Source: Eledone cirrhosa (Eukaryota). Taken from it: 64,000 nt of DNA. Below are positions 55,387 through 64,000 of the stretch, piece after piece. The position numbers were made by a program, and so were the translations under genes. The notes under the pieces were generated by a model. The model saw only the letters and a program-made list of their open reading frames with translations, did not search any database and was not told where the DNA came from. The stretch spans positions 303,428,001 through 303,492,000 of the forward strand of contig OZ024743.1 in assembly GCA_964016885.1 (NCBI GenBank), in the 5' to 3' direction. The number at the start of each line of letters is the position of its first letter. The first letter of the stretch is position 1.

Positions 55387-57340
55387 TTTATTAAAATAAC
55401 AGATTAAAGTTTAAGCAAAAATCGCTGCTATCACCCTTAACGGGATCTTAAGCATTCCAACCATCCTGCCAGCATAACCAAGAACCTGGTAAGAAACGTT
55501 TCGTTGAGGCTTTCCCGTCTATCTACTAACGAGCATATTTTCAACGACCATTCCACTTATTACAATGGAGCTCTTGCTCGGTGTGGATTTGTCGATAAGG
55601 TAGCATATACAGAGTAGGAAAATAGACCTAGAAGAAATAGAGCCCGTCGCATTTTTTGGTATAACCCACCATATAATATGGAGGTGGCCACACCATTAGC
55701 AAAGATCTTTCTTTCCCTTATTACGAAGCATTTTCCCCCTACACATAAATATAGTAAAATGTTTAATAGAAATACTATTAAAATATCTTACTCTACGACC
55801 CCTAACCTTGCACATAAAACCACAGCTTCAAATCTAGCTAACTACCTAGCCGTAGGAACACGTGCAACCCTGTAGTTAGTACTAACTGTAATTGTAGAAA
55901 TCAGGTTGACTGCCCCCTATCCAGGAAACGTCTCTCTAGTAACATTGTCTACAAATGTAAGGTTGAAACACCCACGTCCCGTAGGGCCTACATAGGGTTA
56001 ACCGCCAATATATTCAAGCAGCGTCTTTACATGCATACCCATTCTTTTCGTTACCCTCTGAGAAGGAATATGACGTCACTTTCAGCTTATATCTGGAGTC
56101 TAAAAGACAACCACACCCATATAAGTTACACTGGGAGATCCTAGCTAGGGCTAGATCGTATAACTGAAATAAAAGACGATGTGACCTCTGCGCAGCTAAG
56201 GCCCTGGAAATACTCTACGCCACAGACCACATCTTAACAAACAATTAGAGGCAATTTCGGCTTGTAAACATAAATTGCACACAACTTTCCTGTATTACAG
56301 CCCACACATTATACCCTAACGGATAGTACGATCTATACGTGGATATTTTACGTCTTGATGTGGTAGCTAAGTATATGTTATGTTTATACAATTACTTATT
56401 TGCACAGGTAAGTATATATTACCTGTATGTTTGGTGAAGATACGTATAATTTCTTGTGCGTATATTTGATTGTATATGTTATGGCGTATAATTTTATATA
56501 TTCTGGTACATATGGTTTGGTTATGTGTATACGGGAGTTTTGCGTCTGTGTGAGTATGCAGGTTCGTGCGTATATAGGGTGGGTGTATATGTGTACTTCA
56601 TGTTTTGGTTGACGTATTATCCGAACATTTGTGTATTTACATGTAGGTATGTGTGTGCGCTTGTTATATACGTATTTATTTATTTATATACGTTTATTTA
56701 TTTATTTATTTATTTATTTGCATACACGCACACACACACACATAGTTATATGTGCGTGGTTTTGTATTCCTATGGGAAGTGTTTTCGCGTATGCTTGTGT
56801 ATGTACGTATTTGCATGCGTGTATGTATTTATTTAATTTGTATTACCTCTGTATTGTATTTTTTTACTTTATTCTTAACTCTGAAGCGGAGATTCTTTCG
56901 GTTTCCTAGTTAGAATTTTAGTCTACGACTTCAGCTATACCATTTACGTGGTTTTGTCTTTGCGTCAATTGTTCTCCACGGTCCACATATGACGTATTAT
57001 CTTCGTTTTTGTTCCGTTCATTGCCAGAAAACGTCTCTATGAACCACCTAAGAGAACATTAGTCTACGACTTCATTTATACCATAAACGTCGTTCTGACT
57101 TTGCGTGTAATTGTTTTTCACCGCTCCTATTAATAACGTATCATATTCGTTTTTTCCCGTTCTTTGACAAGCAACGTTTCCACGAACCAAAGTATCGTCT
57201 TCCTGTCTTCCTCCGGTTGCAACGTTTTTTGAAATATCCACTTCTGCGTTTATAGATTGACTTTGTTAGTTTCAGAAGATCCCGTTAAGCGTGAAAGCAG
57301 CGATTCTTTGCTTAAACTTTAATCTGCTATTTTAATAAAC
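55387..57340 (+). mobile_element. Penelope-like (Hydra-type), 5'-truncated, with a short inverted pLTR piece
   Basis: 55387-55449 is inverted relative to about 57276-57340; SNHPASIT...WYNPPYN...FNRNTIKISYS...CNCRNQVDCPL...YIGLTANIFKQR. Confidence 0.88.
57268..57318 (+). ncRNA. Variant-core hammerhead-like motif (CAGAAGA)
   Basis: AGTTT-CAGAAGA-TCCCGTTAAGCGT-GAAA-GCA...TGC-TT-AAACT. Confidence 0.55.
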
Positions 57341-57430
57341 ATTTGCTCTACGGTTCTTATATATTTGATATATATTTATCCTTATCAAGCCCTCTTTGGA
57401 TTTTAGTCTTCAAATTTATTATTATTACCA

Positions 57431-57505
<75 letters not shown>

Positions 57506-57509
<4 letters not shown>

Positions 57510-58450
57510 TATTTCCTCTCCAAACTAGCATAATTAACAACATAAAAAATTAATTAGGTCAGGCTATAAGAATAAAGGCTCCCATGAAGAAATATTTGAT
57601 AAATAACCGAAAAGAGGAAATAGTGTATATATTTTATCAAATGATTCTATGGACATGATTTATGATATATTGCTGTGATTATTTAATTTATTAAATCTGA
57701 GTTCAAATACCGCCGAGGTTAACCTTGCCTTTCATCCTTACGGGGTCGATAAAATAAAGTACCAGTAATGTACTGGGTTATTGCTGGCCTTGTGCCAAAA
57801 GTAGAAACAATTATTTAATTTATTAATGCTTCATTGAGCCACATCGTGAACGGTTGCCACATATATTTCTGCGACTTTGTGTATATCTTTATATTTAATA
57901 ATCTCCCATTCGGTTGAGATGCAATTTGGGCGATATTGGGCTGCGCTTTCTAGCAACCAGCCTACTCGCCGTAAGCAACTAATCACATTATTTCTAACTT
58001 GACCACTGCCACGTCACGATTCTTAGCCATTTTTTTAAATCTATTTCTGTCGGGGATCGCTTTGGAAAATTAACTGTACTATTGATGAGTTCGATACTCG
58101 AGATTTATCCTTAATAGGACATCTCAAAATACGAACGAAACCATGGTAGGGACATAATCACGGTAAAAATGTACATATTTCTTCTAACTTTAAATTCATA
58201 CCTAATTGAGTATGGTTGACCGTATATTTAGTTAATTTCTACATGCTGTTGACATGTTGGGTAAATATTCTATTGCGGTCAGCCGCGAAGAGGCCGCATT
58301 CGTTTATTTATCAAATATTTCTTCATAGGAGCCTTTATTCTTATAATCTGGTCTAATTGAATTTTTATGTGGTTAATTTTGCTAGTTCGGAGAGGAAATA
58401 GTGTATATATTTTATCAAATGATTTTATGGACATAATTTATGATATATAT
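57506..58450 (+). mobile_element. Non-coding element with inverted plus direct terminal repeats (pLTR architecture)
   Basis: 57506-57606 is inverted relative to 58304-58404; 57614-57670 is directly repeated at 58392-58450. Confidence 0.6.
57695..57809 (+). mobile_element. SINE, 5'-truncated
   Basis: 17-bp TSD ATTATTTAATTTATTAA. Confidence 0.88.
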
Positions 58451-58499
58451 ATATATATATATATGCGTGTGTGTGTGTGTGGTTGTGTTTTATATACAT

Positions 58500-59128
58500 A
58501 GTAAAGTGACTTCTACTTTTTTATGGACTCGGTGTTTTTCATGTACTATTTTTCGAAGAATATGTGAGCATGAAATAGGTTCAAGTTACGACTGTCATGT
58601 TTTTTATCCATTCTTTTTTCTGCTTCGTTATTTTAAAATAGGTTTCAAAATGACAATTTGGAGAGAGACTATTTATTGTTTTGAGGTATTAATAAATGTA
58701 TAAGGTAAGCTAAACTTTGAATATTTGCACAAATATGTTAGTTTCAAAAATTATTTTGACTTCAACCAAAAGTAAATGTTATAATAGTTTAAATAACCTG
58801 GTTTCAGAAACAATGTAATATAAATCAATCTACAATTATGAATCATTATAAGTGGCGCTAGAATAAGTCAAACAGATCAGTAATTTATACAATATATTTA
58901 CTATTTAACTCTTACTGATATCTCATTCAACATATACGCACATAACGTCGATAATTCAATGTTGGATTTTCTATGACAATACATTTGGTGGTGGACTCTA
59001 TGTGGGGAGGGGCATGTAATACGTAATCATGTTGATATAAATAAATAACACACTTTAAAATATATTCTCCTGTCTTTTCGCAAATACATAATTATATTAT
59101 GCTCACTGTCCAAAATGAATTACATTAT

Positions 59129-59218
<90 letters not shown>

Positions 59219-59310
59219 TAATTTATTTAAATATACGGTTCTTATATATTTGATATATATTTATCCTTATCGAGCCCTCTTTTGATTTTAGTCTTCACAT
59301 TTAGTATTAT

Positions 59311-59375
<65 letters not shown>

Positions 59376-59520
59376 GTAATTCCGTCAGAAAGGTACAGGA
59401 AAAAAAGAGTGCTCTATGTAGGTTATGGGGCTTAAAAGTTATGTAATAAACAACATAAGATAATTATTTCATTTACCAGTGGTTACTTGAAAGCAAATAC
59501 ATTTTCTTTCAGACGTTAGA
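58500..59520 (+). pseudogene. LRR-coding fragment
   Basis: GFRNNVI; NLQL*IIISGARISQTD; YLTLTDISFN; RVLYVGY. Confidence 0.4.
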
Positions 59521-59690
59521 ATGAATAAAACATGGTGTTTTTATTAAATGTGGATTTGAAAACAAAAGTATGAGAAATATGAAAGTGAGGCTGAGGAAAC
59601 AACAAGCGAAGAAGAAAAAAACGTATATATATATATATATATGTATACATATACACACACACACACATACACACACACACACACACACGT

Positions 59691-59757
<67 letters not shown>

Positions 59758-60053
59758 CACACATTTATATATAAAAAAAAATAACCATACATACACACAC
59801 TTGACCATGCGCATATACTTAAGGAATAAGCTGTCACATAAGCGTACATGTGTCAACCGGTACGGACAAATACATATACATCAAGTAATAAGAATAAATA
59901 TATAAATGAATAAGAACAAAAAATATTCAAAGGCAAATATAAAGGATGAAAAATTAAACAGAGGATGCACGTTGACAACGATAAGAAAGGGGGAAGGAGA
60001 AAATAAAAATAAACAAATACACGAAGTGTGCAATTACAAAGTACAGATACACA

Positions 60054-60091
<38 letters not shown>

Positions 60092-60329
60092 TGATCGAGT
60101 ATCGAAAAATCGGCGCACGAGTTCACGATAAACAAAATTCGAAATGAGCGGCAGAGGGCTCAATAATTCAGATGAATCAGAGCTATAACTATCGTTAAAA
60201 TACCGTCACACATAGAACAAGTCTAAAATCAACCGTACGATAAAAAAATCGATAATAGAAGATTCGGGACAATCAGATAAAAAATATCAATAAATCAATA
60301 AATCAATAATTTAAATGAATGTAAAATCA

Positions 60330-60582
60330 TACCCGGACCCACTAGAAAGGTGTTAAATCTAGCTTCTTGGGTTTCTGTAAATCCTTAGACTGTACTCAAT
60401 CAGCTCACATATAAATATATAAGACTTCTAGAATAAGCGGACTGGATATTTACTTCTTCAACGAGCTTCGTCCTAACGGATAAGAGGCTAACTACAAGCA
60501 AAATACGCACATGGAATCCGGCAAGGGAGATAACCTCTACATCCGCGAAAACTATTCGAGGAAATGTGGGAATACACATATC

Positions 60583-60585
<3 letters not shown>
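60330..60585 (-). pseudogene. Possible LRR-coding fragment
   Basis: [26 protein letters not shown] (end of ORF 60400-60756). Confidence 0.3.
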
Positions 60586-60637
<52 letters not shown>

Positions 60638-60657
60638 TATACATACAAAAAATATAT

Positions 60658-60691
<34 letters not shown>

Positions 60692-60717
60692 GTGTTTCTC
60701 TGTCTATATTTATTTAT

Positions 60718-61745
60718 ATGTTCATATTCGCAACAACGAAGCACGCCATTTTTCATTCATAACGTTTTCCCTTCGCTGTGGTTCGTATGTTTTCTGTTAC
60801 CTTACTGCTTTCCACTTTCTCTCTCCCCTTACCTCTTGCTTTCCTCCATCCCCGCTGCTGGTCACATACTCTCAGCTGGCCCCTCCCTCACACTTTCACT
60901 CACTCACTCTCTGCTACTCCTCCTCTCTCACTTCCTCCCGTCTGACCTGCGTGAAATTCTTTTCTCTCTCACTTTTCGCGTGGCTCGGACGTGTCTGCCA
61001 CTTCTCGTCATTTGATTCATTCGGACTTAAGCCCACAAGATACATTGAATTGTCTCTCTGTTCCTCTCTTTACGTTGCAATACTACCATGTTGTTTGTTT
61101 ACTTTCCTCTGTCCCGATAACTTAATTTACTTATCGCTCGCACTGATTTTAGTCTTTAATGCGAAGAAACACCAATGATATTCAGCAGACTACTGATGAT
61201 GGACATTCCTGATAATCGGTCTATTTTCATTCATATGTTCCTATTCGCAACAACGCAACACGCTATTTTTTCATTCACATATATTTTCCCTTCGCTGTGG
61301 TTCGTATTTTTTCTGTTACCTTAGTGCTTCCTCTTTCTTTCTCCCTCTTACCTCTTGCTTTCCTCCATCTCCGTGCTAGGCACACACTCTCAGTTGGCCT
61401 CTTCCTCACACTTTCACTCACTCACTTTCTGCTACTCCTGCTCAAGCACTTCCTCCCGTCTGACTGCGTTAATTCTTTCCTCTGTCACTTTTTCATGGCT
61501 CGGACGCGTCTATTTTCTTATCGTCATTTGATTTGTCGGACTTAAGCCCACAACATTTATTGGCATGTCTCTCTTTTACTCTCTTTACGTTGCGTTACTA
61601 CCATGTTGTTTGTTCACTTCCCTCTAACCCGATAACTTAATTGAGATATCTCTCGCATTGATTTTAGGTATCTAATCTTTAATGCGAAGAAATACCAACG
61701 AGAATCAGCAGACTACTGATGACGGACTTTTTCCTGTTTCTCTGT
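60718..61745 (+). repeat. Tandem dimer of a ~515-bp unit (distant relative of 54268-55310)
   Basis: TATTCGCAACAACG...TTTTCCCTTCGCTGTGGTTCGTA at about 60725 and 61242; CAGCAGACTACTGATGA.GGAC in both units. Confidence 0.9.
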
Positions 61746-61754
61746 TTATTTTTA

Positions 61755-61827
<73 letters not shown>

Positions 61828-62133
61828 ACACAGACACATACATACACACGCACGCATAAACACTCATAGACACGTATAAAAACATAGCCACAAATGTAAG
61901 TGTATATACATACATAAATATATACATTGACACACACATACACATATATAGATATATACATATATATACGTAGACAAATATATATATATACATATATATA
62001 TATACGTATATATGTACACATATATATACATGCATACACACACATACACACATAAATATATACACAAAAATATGAATATTAAAATAAACATAAATAAACT
62101 CACACAGATAAGTAAAAATACAAATAAACACAT

Positions 62134-62174
<41 letters not shown>

Positions 62175-62225
62175 TATATATATACATACACATACACGCA
62201 TATATACAAATTCATACGCACGCGC

Positions 62226-62300
<75 letters not shown>

Positions 62301-62459
62301 TACACATATATACACTTATTTACAGATATATAATCACAAATACACACACACGCACATATACATGCATACATATATATATACACATATATACATATAAATA
62401 CACGCACATATACAGACATACACACAAACACACACACATGTAAAAAAGAATAATCAAAA

Positions 62460-63632
62460 ACCTATAAATGTAAGTACACATGAGTCTGTCTCCAAATGCG
62501 CACGCTCACAGCCCTATGTGAGAACATAGAACCTAGTGGGTAAGTGAGGACAAGAGGGGGTTTAAAAATGAAATAATAAATACAATTATATGTAAGGGAG
62601 AAATGTATGCGAAGTGATCTAGATAAGAGTATCTGGTTAAAGAGTAAACTGAGTAAAGGATAAAGGTGGTGGGTGTATATGTGAAAAGGGTAAGATAGAA
62701 AGTAGGGGGGAATATAAGTCAACTGAAAAATTATCATAATAGGAAAAATATAAATATAAGGAGATATAGAAGGAGATGAGGGAGAAAAAGAATATATGGG
62801 TTAGGAATATGAGTTCAGAGAGTAATAATATTCGTAGTGAATGGAAGGCGTAATGAGTAAAGGAGAAGCTCAGGGTGGTTGAGTCTTCGTAGGAATGTCA
62901 ATCCAGTTACAAAGTAGATGCGATTTCAGGCGTGGACAACATCTGAAGATCTTGGTCTTGGAGTTGAGGCAAGTGGAAGGGGCTTTCCAATTTTGGAGAA
63001 TTCTAAATTCTTCCGTGGTGCACAAATAACATTTCTTTGTGCCCCTTTGGTATTCTCTTGAATGATCTAAAATAGACCAATGAATAGTGTACGGAATGTT
63101 TTTGTCTTTGAAATCCCACACTTTATTTGAGAGAGCCGTTGCTGTTTATTTTCAGGGTGTTTAAAAGAAGCTACATTTGCATAATACCTGATTTTGAACC
63201 TGTCCTAAGTCACTCCTGGTTGGATGGTTATTAAATAACGGTGTCAATTTGGCCTCATACACAATGGGCATTCTTCCAGCTTCCTGCAACTGCATCCTGG
63301 ATTTACTCTCGTACGATTAGAGTTGGTAATTTTAGTCTTCAATGATGGACAGCAAGAGTAACTGATTTTAACTATATTTCTATTAAATATCTTATTATAT
63401 CTATGATTAGGGGGGAAAATGTTTGTCTAGGAAGTCAAGGAATTTCCTCCCTACATTAGTGTTGACAGTTAGAGAGAAGGGGGTGTAAACCAAATAATTG
63501 TTCTTTTCCTGTTATTGTGTTTAGTGTTAGAGGGAGGAGAAGGTAAATATTTAATATGTTCTGTGAAGCCGCTGTTAGTGAGGGCCTTATTATCATAAGG
63601 GGCGGCTTTGTTAAAAAAGTCTAGAGACGAAG
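62460..63632 (-). mobile_element. Penelope-like (Hydra-type) 3' fragment
   Basis: FNKAAPYDNKALTNSGF...IWFTPPFS...NTNVGRKFL...FNRNIVKISYSC...WDFKDKNIPYTIHWSIL...CYLCTTEEFRIL. Confidence 0.85.
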
Positions 63633-63686
63633 ATAAGGCAGAAATTCTACGGCTAATGTTAGGAACAAAAAATATATATATATATA

Positions 63687-63749
<63 letters not shown>

Positions 63750-63753
<4 letters not shown>

Positions 63754-64000
63754 TTTACTTTCATTCCTTTTCTCCGATTGGTTTTCAGAAATTGTGTCCT
63801 ATCACTAATATACAAATATGACGATATGATACACGTAACTGTGAGAAATATACAATGGTAGTGACCGATCTATCTCTCAACTGAGAGAGGTAGGGTTTTC
63901 AAACATGACAAATAGCATACATACACATGTACACCATTTCCTAACACAGAGAACCAAACACCTGGTATCATCGCCTCCATCCCCCCCCTTCAATGAAAGT
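63750..64000 (-). pseudogene. Possible LRR-coding fragment running off the window edge
   Basis: LSCLKTLPLS and LYISHSYVYHI on the minus strand. Confidence 0.3.

Overview
AT-rich eukaryotic DNA, most likely from an octopus-like cephalopod; this is inferred from the SINE family, the retroelement mix and the extreme (TA)n/(CA)n load. I found no intact host gene. Almost all long ORFs in the track are microsatellite read-throughs (YIYI/CVCV). Two layers of real structure are visible. (1) A substrate of heavily decayed, apparently intronless leucine-rich-repeat receptor genes: four large relics at about 5.6-11.7, 16.75-22.56, 22.6-27.2 and 28.3-32.4 kb, plus smaller fragments. One relic still shows the order signal peptide, LRRs, LRRCT, TM, TIR-like, so it looks Toll-like. 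(2) A dense overlay of mobile elements. There are at least nine Penelope-like (PLE) RT/GIY-YIG relics, several with inverted pseudo-LTRs. Their pLTRs carry type I hammerhead ribozyme motifs in canonical, long-stem-II and variant-core forms. Also present are a rearranged Gypsy LTR element, Tx1/L1-, R4/Dong-, RTE- and CRE-like LINE fragments, a non-autonomous Helitron and eight copies of a tRNA-derived SINE, nearly all inserted at ATTAT. All translations and folds were done by eye and boundaries are approximate.
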